The translations under genes were made by a program, and so were the position numbers. A stretch of DNA of 64,000 nt, taken from the NCBI GenBank assembly GCA_039028615.1, contig JBCCHT010000017.1, positions 162,547-226,546 of the forward strand, written 5' to 3'. A model generated the notes under the pieces. The model saw only the letters and a list, made by a program, of their open reading frames with translations, ran no database searches and was not told the origin of the DNA. The stretch comes from Myxococcota bacterium (GTDB lineage Bacteria > Myxococcota_A > Polyangia > Nannocystales > Nannocystaceae). Position 1 is the stretch's first letter. Each line of letters starts with the position of its first letter. Below are positions 20,779 through 30,811 of the stretch, in pieces.

Positions 20779-21393
20779 CTACCCCTCCAACGCGGCGGGG
20801 GACTGGTTCTCGATGGTCGGCCAGTTGGTCTTGACCTTGGTCATGTTGCCGGCCTGGTCTTCGAGGAACTTCGCTTTGACCTCTTCGTTGAGGAACACGT
20901 AGAGCGAATCGTCGTCGATGAGCCACACGCTGGGGTCACCGTCGAACTTCTTGCCAAGGACGACGCCAAACGTGCACCAGCCCCCGTTGGCGGGGGAGTA
21001 GCGCTCGGGCTCCGCGGAGAACTTCTTCATGTTCTCCTCGCTGGAGAACTGCCACTTGGCGCCCTTCCACTCGAAGGTGTGCTCGGCCCTGCCCAGCAGC
21101 GCTTGGCCATCGGTGTGATACGCGAGCGGATCGAAGCCCCGGAGGCCACGGCCCTGCTCGTCGAGGTTGATGTCATGGGTCGGAGCGTCGGCCTTGGCCG
21201 CGACCTTGGTCTCGTCGGCACCGGCCTTCTTCTCGTCGGCCTTGGCCTCGCCCTTCTTCTCGTCCTTGGCCTTGGCCTTGGCCTCGTCCTTCTTCTCGGC
21301 CTTGGCCTTGGTCTCTGCTTTGGAGCCTGCGTCATCGCATCCGAAGGCGGCGAGAGCGAGGGCGAGCGAGAACGGAACGAGCGTGCGTGGCAT
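20779..21393 (-). CDS. YHS domain-containing lipoprotein
   Basis: Lipobox AAFGC; GFDPLAY..WQFSSEEN..F..PERYSPANGGWC..DP..W. Confidence 0.88.
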   Translation of the reverse strand: MPRTLVPFSLALALAAFGCDDAGSKAETKAKAEKKDEAKAKAKDEKKGEAKADEKKAGADETKVAAKADAPTHDINLDEQGRGLRGFDPLAYHTDGQALLGRAEHTFEWKGAKWQFSSEENMKKFSAEPERYSPANGGWCTFGVVLGKKFDGDPSVWLIDDDSLYVFLNEEVKAKFLEDQAGNMTKVKTNWPTIENQSPAALEG

Positions 21394-21626
21394 GGACGGA
21401 GCCTATCCTGCCACACACATCGAGGCCTTTCGTGGGGGTGAACATGCATAACTCGCCGATTGCGTCGTTCGCTTGGTGAGGAACACACGGGTTCTCGCGC
21501 GAACCGTAGGTCAATCCCTTCCTTCTTGGGGGGAACTCACTGTTCGGGGCAAAGCGCCACATCCCCACGCGCGCAACGAAAGATTTCAATCGAACCCTCG
21601 GCCGGAAACACCCGGCGCACGAACGC

Positions 21627-22115
21627 TCAAGCGTTGCGTCGCCAGTGCCCCGACTTACCGCCTCGCTTCTCGACGAGCAGGGTCTGCTCGACGACCATGC
21701 CGCGGTCCATCGCCTTGCACATGTCGTAGATGGTCAGCGCACCGACGCTCGCCGCCATCATCGCTTCCATCTCGGGGCCCGTGCGATCGACCGCCCGGAC
21801 CTCGGCCGAGACTTCCACTCCCGGCAAGTCATCGAGCAACTCGAAGGTCACACTGACCGCGGTCACTCGCACCGGGTGGCACAAGGGGATGAGCTCGGCG
21901 CAGCGCTTGGTCGCGCCGATCGCCGCGAGCCGAGCCACCCCGAGCACGTCACCCTTGCCCACCTGCCCCGCGGCGATGCGATCGTAGGTCGCCGCGGCCA
22001 TCCGCACGCGGGCGATGGCCCGTGCCTGCCGAGGCGTCTCCGGCTTGGCATCGATCTCCACCATGTGGGCCGCTCCCGCCGGAGAAAAGTGGGTGAGCGG
22101 GTCGTCGCTGGCCAT
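21627..22115 (-). CDS. moaC: Cyclic pyranopterin monophosphate synthase MoaC
   Basis: LTHF..AHMV, KGDVL, LIPLCHP, GPEMEA, IYDMCKAMD, KRGGKSG. Confidence 0.97.
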   Translation of the reverse strand: MASDDPLTHFSPAGAAHMVEIDAKPETPRQARAIARVRMAAATYDRIAAGQVGKGDVLGVARLAAIGATKRCAELIPLCHPVRVTAVSVTFELLDDLPGVEVSAEVRAVDRTGPEMEAMMAASVGALTIYDMCKAMDRGMVVEQTLLVEKRGGKSGHWRRNA

Positions 22116-22296
22116 GGCCGGGATGGTAGCCGAGCCCACGCGAGCAGCGCACCGACAGCCGGCCAGCGACCCCGCCCATGCCCCATCGGGCCGCTCTCGG
22201 GACAACGTGTGCTGACGAGCATTGGGGGCCCTGCGGTGTCACTGGCCCGCTTTGGCACGGCCATGATATTCGTCTCGCGCGCGTGGGTTCTGCTCC

Positions 22297-23886
22297 ATGA
22301 AAATCGGCATTCCGAAGGAGATATACGAGGGCGAGCGTAGGGTCGCGGCCACCCCCGATACGGCAAAGCGACTCCAAAAGCTCGGCTTCGAAGTGGTGAT
22401 CGAGTCGGGAGCGGGTGAACTCGCCAGCTTCCCCGACTCCGCCTACCAAGAGGCGGGCTGCACCATCGCCGATGGCGTGGTCGACCTGTACGGCCAGTCC
22501 GACATCGTCGCCAAGGTTCGGCCGCCCGCCTACCACGAGGAAGCGGGCACCGAGGAGATCGAGCTGCTCGAAGAGGGCTCGACCTTCATCTCCTTCATCT
22601 GGCCCGCGCAGAACGAGGCGCTGGTCGAGATGCTGCGCGACCGCAAGGTCACCTCGCTGGCGATGGACGCGGTGCCTCGCATCAGCCGGGCGCAAAAGCT
22701 CGACGCGCTGTCTTCCATGGCCAACATCGCGGGCTACCGCGCGGTGGTCGAGGCGGCCAACAACTTCCCCCGCTTCTTCACGGGACAGATCACCGCCGCG
22801 GGCAAGGTCCCGCCGGCCAAGGTCATGGTGATCGGTGCCGGCGTGGCCGGGCTGGCCGCCATCGGCGCAGCCAAGGGCCTCGGCGCCATCGTCCGTGCCT
22901 TCGACACCCGCCCCGTCGTCAAGGAGCAGGTCGAGAGCATGGGGGCCGAGTTCCTCGAGCTCGAGTTCGAGGAGGACGGCGCTGGCGCCGGCGGCTACGC
23001 CAAGGTGATGAGCAAGGAGTTCATCGAGGCCGAGATGGCGCTGTTCCTCGAGCAGGCCAAAGAGGTGGACATCATCATCACCACCGCGCTCATCCCCGGG
23101 CGGCCCGCTCCCAAGCTCGTGCTCAAGGACCACGTCGAGGCGATGAAGCCCGGCTCGGTCATCGTCGACCTCGCCGCCGAGCAGGGAGGCAACTGCGAGC
23201 TCACCAAGCACGGTGAGATCGTCAATCACAACGGCGTCAAGATCGTCGGCTTCTCCGACCTGCCCAGCCGCATGGGCAGCGTGGCCAGCCAGCTCTACGG
23301 CACCAACATCGCCCACCTGCTCGACGACATGGGCGGGGCCGAGGGCTACAAGGTCGACCTCGAGGACGAGGTCGTTCGCGGCGCGCTCATCACCCACGAG
23401 GGCGAGATCACCTGGCCTCCGCCCAAGCCGCCCGAGCCTTCGCCCGCCGAGAAGAAGCCCGAAGCAGCCAAGCCCGCACCTGCGCCCACCCCCGCGCCGC
23501 CCCCTCCCAAGAAGAAAAAGGGAGGCGGCCACGGCATGCCGCAAAAGCAGACCTCGCCCGTCTGGCTCATCATGGCCGGCTTGGCGCTGCTGGGCATCGG
23601 CCTCGGGGCCCCGGCCTCGTTCCTGACCCACTTCACCGTGTTCGTGCTCGCCATCTTCGTCGGCTGGCAGGTCATCTGGAACGTCAGCCCCGCGCTGCAC
23701 ACCCCGCTGATGAGCGTCACCAACGCGGTCAGCGGCATCATCATCATCGGCGGCATGCTGCAGATCTCCGGCGAACCCATGTCAGCCACGGTGCTGCTGG
23801 GCGGCGCCGCGATCTTGGTCGCCACCATCAACATCGCGGGGGGCTTCTTGGTCACCCAGCGCATGCTCCAGATGTTCAGGAAGTAG
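22297..23886 (+). CDS. pntA: NAD(P) transhydrogenase alpha subunit
   Basis: [49 protein letters not shown]. Confidence 0.98.
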   Translation: MKIGIPKEIYEGERRVAATPDTAKRLQKLGFEVVIESGAGELASFPDSAYQEAGCTIADGVVDLYGQSDIVAKVRPPAYHEEAGTEEIELLEEGSTFISFIWPAQNEALVEMLRDRKVTSLAMDAVPRISRAQKLDALSSMANIAGYRAVVEAANNFPRFFTGQITAAGKVPPAKVMVIGAGVAGLAAIGAAKGLGAIVRAFDTRPVVKEQVESMGAEFLELEFEEDGAGAGGYAKVMSKEFIEAEMALFLEQAKEVDIIITTALIPGRPAPKLVLKDHVEAMKPGSVIVDLAAEQGGNCELTKHGEIVNHNGVKIVGFSDLPSRMGSVASQLYGTNIAHLLDDMGGAEGYKVDLEDEVVRGALITHEGEITWPPPKPPEPSPAEKKPEAAKPAPAPTPAPPPPKKKKGGGHGMPQKQTSPVWLIMAGLALLGIGLGAPASFLTHFTVFVLAIFVGWQVIWNVSPALHTPLMSVTNAVSGIIIIGGMLQISGEPMSATVLLGGAAILVATINIAGGFLVTQRMLQMFRK

Positions 23887-23895
23887 GGGTACGCC

Positions 23896-25311
23896 GTGAC
23901 CGAAAGTCTGCTCACCGTCGCGTACATCGCCGCCAGCGTGCTGTTCATCCTCAGCCTCGGCGGGCTGTCCAATCAGGAGTCCGCTCGCCGCGGCAACCTG
24001 TACGGCATCATCGGCATGGTCATCGCGCTCGTCGCCACCACGGCCGGCGCCCAGGTCACCGGATACGGGACCCTGGCCCTGACCGTGCTGCCCGGCGCCA
24101 TCATCGGGGCCTTCCTCGCCGCCCGGGTGGCCATGACCTCCATGCCGGAGCTGGTGGCCATCCTCCACAGCTTCGTCGGCCTGGCCGCCGTGCTCGTGGG
24201 CATCGGCAGCTACATCGGCCCCGAGCCCGCCCTGGCCAGCTCCACCGAGCTGACCATCCACCAGATCGAGATCTACATCGGCGTCTTCGTCGGCGCGATC
24301 ACCTTCACCGGGTCGGTCATCGCCTTCGGTAAGCTGCGCGGCAGCATCAGCGGCAAGCCGCTCATCCTGCCCGCCCGCCACATGCTCAACCTGGGCATGG
24401 TGCTGGTCAGCGTGTACCTCGGCTACCAGTTCACCGTAGCGGGGCACGCGGCGGACCACCCCGGCCTGATGCCGCTGCTCATCATGACCGGCATCGCCTG
24501 CGTCATCGGTGTGCACATGGTCATGGCCATCGGCGGCGCCGACATGCCGGTCGTCGTCTCCATGCTCAACAGCTACTCCGGCTGGGCCGCGTCGGCGGCG
24601 GGCTTCATGCTCGGCAACGACCTGCTCATCATCACCGGAGCGCTGGTCGGCAGTAGCGGCGCCATCCTCAGCTACATCATGTGCGCGGCGATGAACCGCT
24701 CGTTCTTCAGCGTCATCCTGGGCGGCTTCGGTACCGATGGCGGCGGGGGTGGTGGCAGCACCACCACCCAGACCCCGGAGGGCGAGGTCACCTCGGTCGA
24801 GGCGGCCGAGGTCGTGGAGCGGCTGCGTGAGGCCAACTCGGTCGTCATCATCCCCGGCTACGGCATGGCGGTGGCGCAGGCGCAGCACTCGTTGTCCGAG
24901 GTGGTGAAGATCCTGCGTAAGGCCAACAAAGAGGTCCGCTTCGCGATTCACCCCGTGGCGGGGCGGCTGCCGGGGCACATGAACGTGCTGCTGGCGGAGG
25001 CGAATGTGCCGTACGACATCGTGCTCGAGATGGATGAGATCAACGATGACTTGCCGGATACGGATATCGTGCTGGTCATTGGGGCGAACGACATCGTCAA
25101 TCCTAGTGCGCAGGATGATCCGAACTCGCCGATTGCGGGGATGCCGGTGCTGGAGTGCTGGCTGTCGAAGAACACCGTCGTCATGAAGCGGTCGATGGGT
25201 ACGGGGTATGCGGGGGTTGGGAATCCGCTGTTCTTCAAGGACAACACCGATATGTTGTTTGGGGATGCGAAGAAGAACGTGGATGCGATGCTGACCGAGC
25301 TTCGCGACTAG
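23896..25311 (+). CDS. pntB: NAD(P) transhydrogenase beta subunit
   Basis: [44 protein letters not shown]. Confidence 0.98.
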   Translation: MTESLLTVAYIAASVLFILSLGGLSNQESARRGNLYGIIGMVIALVATTAGAQVTGYGTLALTVLPGAIIGAFLAARVAMTSMPELVAILHSFVGLAAVLVGIGSYIGPEPALASSTELTIHQIEIYIGVFVGAITFTGSVIAFGKLRGSISGKPLILPARHMLNLGMVLVSVYLGYQFTVAGHAADHPGLMPLLIMTGIACVIGVHMVMAIGGADMPVVVSMLNSYSGWAASAAGFMLGNDLLIITGALVGSSGAILSYIMCAAMNRSFFSVILGGFGTDGGGGGGSTTTQTPEGEVTSVEAAEVVERLREANSVVIIPGYGMAVAQAQHSLSEVVKILRKANKEVRFAIHPVAGRLPGHMNVLLAEANVPYDIVLEMDEINDDLPDTDIVLVIGANDIVNPSAQDDPNSPIAGMPVLECWLSKNTVVMKRSMGTGYAGVGNPLFFKDNTDMLFGDAKKNVDAMLTELRD

Positions 25312-25338
25312 GTTGCTGCTGAACCCAGGCAACGAAGG

Positions 25339-25370
25339 AAGAGCCGTCCCTTTCGAGGGACGGCTCTTTT
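25339..25370 (+). terminator. Rho-independent terminator of pntAB
   Basis: Stem AAGAGCCGTCCCT / TTCG loop / AGGGACGGCTCTT followed by T run. Confidence 0.88.
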
Positions 25371-25463
25371 CGTTGGTTTGGGGGTGCGCGGACGGGGGGA
25401 CGGAGGATGAGCGCTTCGTCTGAGGGGGCGGCTATTCGTTGGTTTGGGGGTGCGCGGATGGGG
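25369..25463 (+). repeat. 29-bp direct repeat (2 copies, 66-bp period)
   Basis: TTCGTTGGTTTGGGGGTGCGCGGA(C/T)GGGG at 25369-25397 and 25435-25463. Confidence 0.8.
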
Positions 25464-25701
25464 CGTGCTCGCGCTTGGTTGGAGGGGCTGCGGTTGGCGG
25501 TAGGTCGGCGAGATGTTCGAGCGGAGGGCTTGCCTGTTTAACGGATGGAACCCTCCCCGGACGTGCTCGGCGGCCGTGGCAGCGGGGTGCTTCGCGACGG
25601 GTGGTGGCGGCCGCCTCCGCGCGACCGGGCCCCCTCCATCCTACGCGGCTTCGCTTCAGCCCTCCCCGTGGCTGGGGCTTCCGGGCGGACGGGGGCAAGG
25701 G

Positions 25702-26063
25702 CCTGCTTGGGCGGGCTGGGGCTTCCGGGCGGGTGGTGGAAAGGCCCTGCTTGCGCGGGCTGAGGCTTCCGGACAAACGGGTGAACGGGCCTGCTTGCGC
25801 GGGGGCTTCAGGGCGAACGGTGGAAAGGACCTGCTTGGGCGAGCTGAGGTCTCTTCGCGAACGGTGGAAAGGACCTGCTTGGGCGAGCTGAGGTCTCCTC
25901 GCGAACGATGGAGGGGACCTGCTTGGGCGAGCTGGGGCTTACGGGCGGGTGGTGGAGAAGGTCTGCTTGGGCGAGGCTGGGGCCTATGGGCGGGTGGTGG
26001 AGAAGGTCTGCTTGGGCGGGGCGCTTTCGAGCGGACGGGGGAATGGGGGCTGTTTGGGCGGGG
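25702..26063 (+). repeat. G-rich ~44-bp degenerate tandem repeat array (~9 core copies)
   Basis: Core (C/T)CTGCTTG(G/C)GCG starts at 25702, 25746, 25790, 25830, 25874, 25918, 25962, 26007, with a degenerate copy at 26049. Confidence 0.88.
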
Positions 26064-26135
26064 GATTTGGTGGGGAAATGGTCCCTTTGTCGTCGATTCC
26101 TTGAGGTTGAAATGTCAGGTACATTCGCAAGGAAT

Positions 26136-27047
26136 ATGAGTATTCGAAAGGTCCTTATCTTCGTCCTGCCCCTGGCGTGTGGGCCTAGCGATCCCGTGCC
26201 CAGCGACTCTGGGGGTGGATCGACTGGTGGTGCTGCGGCGACGGGTTCGACTGGGGGCGGGACGTTGGTGACGATGCCCTCCGGGGTGAGCGGGGGGTCG
26301 AGTACGGGGGTTGTGGATGACAGCTCGGATGGGGGGGAGACGAGTACGGGGCCGGCTCCGGATTTTGGGGTGGGGCAGGAGTGCGACATCCTCCAGCAGG
26401 ATTGCCCGCGTGGGTACAAGTGCATCGTCTACAACGAGGAAGGGCCGGGGAGTCTGGGTGACGACTGGGGGTGCTTCCCGGTGGTGGAGGATCCGGTCGG
26501 GGTCGGTGAGACGTGTACGGTGATCGATGGGGTCGGTAGCGGGCTGGATGACTGTCCGGTGGGCGCGGTGTGTTGGGACGTCGATGCCGAGACCAACGAG
26601 GGGTATTGCGTGTCGTATTGCATGGGGTCGAACCAGAACCCGACCTGCGAAGACCCGGATACGTTCTGCCGGATCCCGGGGGATGCTTCGTTCGGGATGT
26701 GGTGCCTGCCCGTGTGTGATCCGCTCGGAGACGACTGTGGTGAGGGGCTGACGTGCACATCGGGTGATGGCTTCAGCTTCGGGTGCTCGCCGGATGCGTC
26801 GGGTGAGGCGGGGGCGGCGGGGGATCCCTGCGAGTTCGTGACCCAGTGTGATCCGGGGTTGGCGTGTGTGGGTGCGGAGCTGGTGCCCGACTGCACGATG
26901 TCGTCGGGATGTTGCTCGGCGTATTGCACGGTCGGTGACGACTCACCGTGTGCACCCGGGCAGACCTGCGAGCCGTTCTACGACGAGGATCCGGCGCCGC
27001 ATCCTGCCTGGGAAAACGTGGGCGTGTGCGCCCTCGGGCCTGGCTGA
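26136..27047 (+). CDS. Cys-rich myxobacterial lipoprotein (paralog A)
   Basis: Lipobox LPLAC; Gly/Thr/Ser linker; CDILQQDCP..KC, CWDVD..GYC, GDPC..CDPGLAC..GCCSAYC; AAGGAA RBS. Confidence 0.88.
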   Translation: MSIRKVLIFVLPLACGPSDPVPSDSGGGSTGGAAATGSTGGGTLVTMPSGVSGGSSTGVVDDSSDGGETSTGPAPDFGVGQECDILQQDCPRGYKCIVYNEEGPGSLGDDWGCFPVVEDPVGVGETCTVIDGVGSGLDDCPVGAVCWDVDAETNEGYCVSYCMGSNQNPTCEDPDTFCRIPGDASFGMWCLPVCDPLGDDCGEGLTCTSGDGFSFGCSPDASGEAGAAGDPCEFVTQCDPGLACVGAELVPDCTMSSGCCSAYCTVGDDSPCAPGQTCEPFYDEDPAPHPAWENVGVCALGPG

Positions 27048-27062
27048 CACGGAGTGATGTCG

Positions 27063-27962
27063 ATGAAGTTGCGATCCTTGTTGCTCCTGGCGCTGCCGTT
27101 TGGATGTGGCTCCACCGGACCGGTCCCCACGCGGCCCAGCGGTGAGTCGACGGGGGTCGCTTCGACATCGACCACCGACGGCGGGGACCCGGGCGTGGGG
27201 ACGTCGTCGACCAGCGCGAGTGTCGGCACCACGACCGGGGCGGACGACACGACGGGGGATCCGTACGGTGGCTTCGTGGACGATCCCGATCTCGGGGTCG
27301 CGAGCGATTGCAGCATTCTGCGGCAGGACTGCCCGGCCGGCTTCAAGTGCATGACCTACAACCCCGAGTATCCCAACAGCCTCGGCGGTCACTGGGGTTG
27401 CTTCCCGGTGGCGGAGGATCCGGTCGGTGTCGGTGAGGCCTGCAGCCAGTTCAACGGGCCGGGCGGCGGTCTGGACGACTGCCCGCGGGGCGCCATGTGC
27501 TGGGATGTCGATCCCCGCACCAACGAAGGCTACTGCCTGGCGTTCTGCATCGAATCGGAACCGACCCCCGTCTGCGACGACCCTCAGAACTTCTGTGTCA
27601 TCGCGGGCGATGCGTCCTTCGGCATGTGGTGCTTCCCCGCCTGTGACCCTCGCCTCGACGAGTGCGGGCCCGGAGAGGCCTGCATCGGCAGCGGCTACTC
27701 CTACGTCTGCGGCCCCGACAGCTCCGGCGACGCGGGAGCAGTGGGTGACCCCTGCGATATCGCGGCCGAGTGCGATCCCGGCCTGGCCTGTGCCGACGGC
27801 CTGGCGGTTCCCGACTGCCAAGGGGCGTATGGTTGCTGCTCGGCCTACTGCACCGTCGGCGACGACTCGCCGTGCCTACCGGAGCAGACCTGCCAGCCCG
27901 TGTTCGACGACGGCGCCCCTCATCACGCGTGGGAGGGCTTGGGGGTGTGCTCGGCTGACTAG
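27063..27962 (+). CDS. Cys-rich myxobacterial lipoprotein (paralog B, tandem duplicate)
   Basis: Same Cys pattern as 26136-27047; lipobox LPFGC. Confidence 0.88.
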   Translation: MKLRSLLLLALPFGCGSTGPVPTRPSGESTGVASTSTTDGGDPGVGTSSTSASVGTTTGADDTTGDPYGGFVDDPDLGVASDCSILRQDCPAGFKCMTYNPEYPNSLGGHWGCFPVAEDPVGVGEACSQFNGPGGGLDDCPRGAMCWDVDPRTNEGYCLAFCIESEPTPVCDDPQNFCVIAGDASFGMWCFPACDPRLDECGPGEACIGSGYSYVCGPDSSGDAGAVGDPCDIAAECDPGLACADGLAVPDCQGAYGCCSAYCTVGDDSPCLPEQTCQPVFDDGAPHHAWEGLGVCSAD

Positions 27963-29344
27963 CGACGCGGGGTGACCCGGAGCTGTGCGCCGCCGGTCGG
28001 CGACATCACGATCCCCGAGAACATCACCGAGGGCGCGGGTCCGGCCGCGTGGAGGTCGAAGCGGTGCAGCAGCTCGGCGAGCACGATCCGCATCTCGAAG
28101 GTCGCGAATAGAGCACCCAGGCATCGCCGCGCCCCGCCGCCGAAGGGGAACAGCTCGTTGGAGCCGGCCTTGCGATCGGTGAAGCGCTCCGGTCGGAAGG
28201 CGGCGGGGTCGTCCCACAGCTCGGGCCGCCGCTGGGTCAGGTAGACCGAGGCCCACACGATGGTCCCCGCGGGCAGGTGCAGGCCGCCCAGCTCCCGATC
28301 GCGGGTCAGCGTGCGCGACACGGCCGGGGCGATGGGCACCAGGCGCATCGACTCCTTGATGACCATGTCGAGATAGCTCAGCTCCTTGGCCCGCGCGGGA
28401 TCGACGGGGCCGTCGCCGAAGACCTCCTCGAGTTCTTCGTGCACGCGTGCGGTGACCTCCGGGTGCCGAGCCAGCAGCGAGAGCGCCCACGCCAGCGAGT
28501 TGGCCGTGGTGTCGTGCCCGCCCACGAGCAGGGTGATGAGCTGCGAGAGGATGTCCTCGTCCTCCATCGGCGCGCCGTCTTCGTAGCGCGCATCGACGAG
28601 CATCGACAGCACGTCGTCGCGGCCCTCCGTGCCCTCGCTTCGGCGCTGACGGATCTGCGCCTGCAGCATGTCGAGCAGCTCGACCTTCGCCTTCGCCACT
28701 TTGCGGAACAACAGCGGGCGAGGTCCGGGCGCCCGCATGTGCTCCACCGCGCGATCGAGCATGCGACGGAGCCGATTGGCGTTGACGACCATCCCGGTGG
28801 CGAACAGCTGCGGCGAGATCACACCCTCCAGCCACGCCATGGCCCGCCGACGCTGACGCACCGCCTCCTCTCCCTCGAGCCCGAAGACACAGCGCAAGAA
28901 CACGTCGAGCGTGACCTGCTGCATGCGGGGGCTGACCGCGAAGTCGCGGTTCACGGGCCAGGTGTCGAGCTCCTCCCGGGTCGCCGCGGCCATCGTCTCC
29001 GCGTAGGCCCGCAGCCGGGCGCCCCCGAGCACGGGGGTCATCAGCTTGCGCTGCCGTCGGTGCCGCTCGCCATCCTGGAACAGCACGGAGTGCTCGCCCA
29101 GGTTGAGGTGGATGCTCTGGTTGTCCGAGCGATACGCGTCGGGGCGCATCGCGAAGATCTGCTTGATGCTCGCCGGATCGCTGAACACGACGCGGGGCGG
29201 ATCGTTGGGCAGGCGCAGGGTGAACGCGTCGCCGTAGCGCGCGGCACAGCGCTCGAGGAAGCCGATCGGGTCGCGACCGAACTGCACCGCCTGCACGAGC
29301 GCGGGGAGCCGGGGGCCGGGCGGAAGGGCAGGCATCGGCGGCAT
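27959..29344 (-). CDS. Cytochrome P450
   Basis: GGHDTT I-helix, ESMR (ExxR), PERF, heme motif FGGGARRCLG. Confidence 0.96.
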   Translation of the reverse strand: MPPMPALPPGPRLPALVQAVQFGRDPIGFLERCAARYGDAFTLRLPNDPPRVVFSDPASIKQIFAMRPDAYRSDNQSIHLNLGEHSVLFQDGERHRRQRKLMTPVLGGARLRAYAETMAAATREELDTWPVNRDFAVSPRMQQVTLDVFLRCVFGLEGEEAVRQRRRAMAWLEGVISPQLFATGMVVNANRLRRMLDRAVEHMRAPGPRPLLFRKVAKAKVELLDMLQAQIRQRRSEGTEGRDDVLSMLVDARYEDGAPMEDEDILSQLITLLVGGHDTTANSLAWALSLLARHPEVTARVHEELEEVFGDGPVDPARAKELSYLDMVIKESMRLVPIAPAVSRTLTRDRELGGLHLPAGTIVWASVYLTQRRPELWDDPAAFRPERFTDRKAGSNELFPFGGGARRCLGALFATFEMRIVLAELLHRFDLHAAGPAPSVMFSGIVMSPTGGAQLRVTPRR

Positions 29345-29380
29345 CGTAGCGAGGCCGCCGTCCGCCGTCCCGGCTCCTGG

Positions 29381-30778
29381 CTAGGGCGAGAAGAGCTCTT
29401 CCCAGTTCGAGCCCGACGACGACGCAAAGGGCGTGGACGTGAGCTGCACCCACCCCTCGACCGACCAGCGCAGCGAGGCGGGCGTGCTGCCGTCGAAGAC
29501 CAGGTCCGACTTGGGGTTCATGCCGGGGTTGCGACCGAAGGTGGTCACCCCGCCATCCAGGACGCCGAACCACGAGGAGGGGAAGTCGACGTCCTCGTCG
29601 ATGATCGCCCCGAACGCGACGCGACCGGTGTCGGAGATGGCCAGCTGGGTGACCGCGCCTTCGCGCCCGCCGATGCAGCGGTTGCGCTCGATCACGTTGC
29701 CCTGGCTGTCGCAGTGCACGACCATGGGGTAGCGGCTCGCGCTGCCGCCCACCCAGAACCCCCCCGCGCCGTCGGGCTCGATCACCCGCAGTTCGGGCCG
29801 GAAGCTGTCGTGGAGCTCGATGCGCCACGTGGACAGCGACAAGTCGTTCTCCCAGTAGATGATGCGGTCCGCGCCCTCCGAGGCGGTGCTCTGGGGCCGC
29901 ACGAGGCCGATGATGTCGGGGCCGGCGGGAATGACCGCGGTGACCAAGCGCTGATCGAGGCTCGTGGCGATCTCGTAGAGCGAGGCGCCGTCGAGATCGA
30001 AGGTCCACACGACCGACTCGGGGATGACGTCGTGCTGCGAGGAGCCCCCGGCCACGATGACTCGATCACCGTCCACCACCACGTCGAGCGCCTCGGGGGC
30101 CCCCAGGGTCTGGGCCCAGCGCTCCGATCCATCCGGGGCGTAGCTCGCCACGACCGCGATGGGGCTGGCCGTGCCGTCGGCGAACTGGCCCACCACGTAC
30201 AGGTTGTCGGCGGCATCGGCCGCGACCGCCGTCGGCGTCGTGATGGTCGCGTCGATGGGAATGGTGAGCTCGGGCTGGGCGCCCTCGCTCAGGACCGCCG
30301 CCACCGCGAGGCCGGTCGCGGGATCGAACGCCGCCGCCACTTCACCCGTGCTGGTGACCGCCATGTCGACGACTCGAATCGAGGTCTGCAGCGATCCACC
30401 GTCGATCCACCCCAGGCAGGTGGCCTCGCAATCGCCTCCGCCGTCGCACTCCTCGAGGGCATCGAGCTCGCCGTTGCCACACTCGGGATCGACACCGATG
30501 CAATCGCCATAGCCGATGGCCATGCACTCGCCGCCGACACAGACGGAGAGATCGCCGCAGTCCTCGTCCCAGCCGCAGCCCCCGGAGCCTCCTCCGCTGT
30601 CGGCTTGACCGCTCTCGTCCGAGCCGCTGCTGCCGTCCGCGTTCGTGGTCGGCAGCGGCGCGACGCCGGAGTCGGTGCCCTCGACGATCTCGCCGCCGTT
30701 GTCGGTGCCGAGGGTGCACGCCAGCGAGCCCAAGCAGGCCCAGGCGATCGCGGCGAAGGAACATGCATCAATCTTCAT
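29381..30778 (-). CDS. Secreted lipoprotein with myxobacterial Cys-rich repeat and beta-propeller-like domain
   Basis: Lipobox SLAC; CGNGELDALEECD motif; repeated beta-rich blades (DAADNLYVVG, PDGSERW). Confidence 0.75.
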   Translation of the reverse strand: MKIDACSFAAIAWACLGSLACTLGTDNGGEIVEGTDSGVAPLPTTNADGSSGSDESGQADSGGGSGGCGWDEDCGDLSVCVGGECMAIGYGDCIGVDPECGNGELDALEECDGGGDCEATCLGWIDGGSLQTSIRVVDMAVTSTGEVAAAFDPATGLAVAAVLSEGAQPELTIPIDATITTPTAVAADAADNLYVVGQFADGTASPIAVVASYAPDGSERWAQTLGAPEALDVVVDGDRVIVAGGSSQHDVIPESVVWTFDLDGASLYEIATSLDQRLVTAVIPAGPDIIGLVRPQSTASEGADRIIYWENDLSLSTWRIELHDSFRPELRVIEPDGAGGFWVGGSASRYPMVVHCDSQGNVIERNRCIGGREGAVTQLAISDTGRVAFGAIIDEDVDFPSSWFGVLDGGVTTFGRNPGMNPKSDLVFDGSTPASLRWSVEGWVQLTSTPFASSSGSNWEELFSP

Positions 30779-30811
30779 CGACGACCTCTGCACCTCGCCG
30801 CCGCATTTTCG

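Noticed and set aside
25702..26063. CRISPR array or coding repeat (ORFs 25513-26139, 25439-25891, and the 5' extension 25908-26135)
   Set aside because: The conserved core is only ~12 bp, inter-core segments are mutually related, and the period is not a multiple of 3. The true lipoprotein start with an RBS is at 26136.
27959..29344. Biosynthetic gene cluster around the P450
   Set aside because: No PKS, NRPS, terpene or RiPP genes are nearby; it appears to be a stand-alone enzyme.
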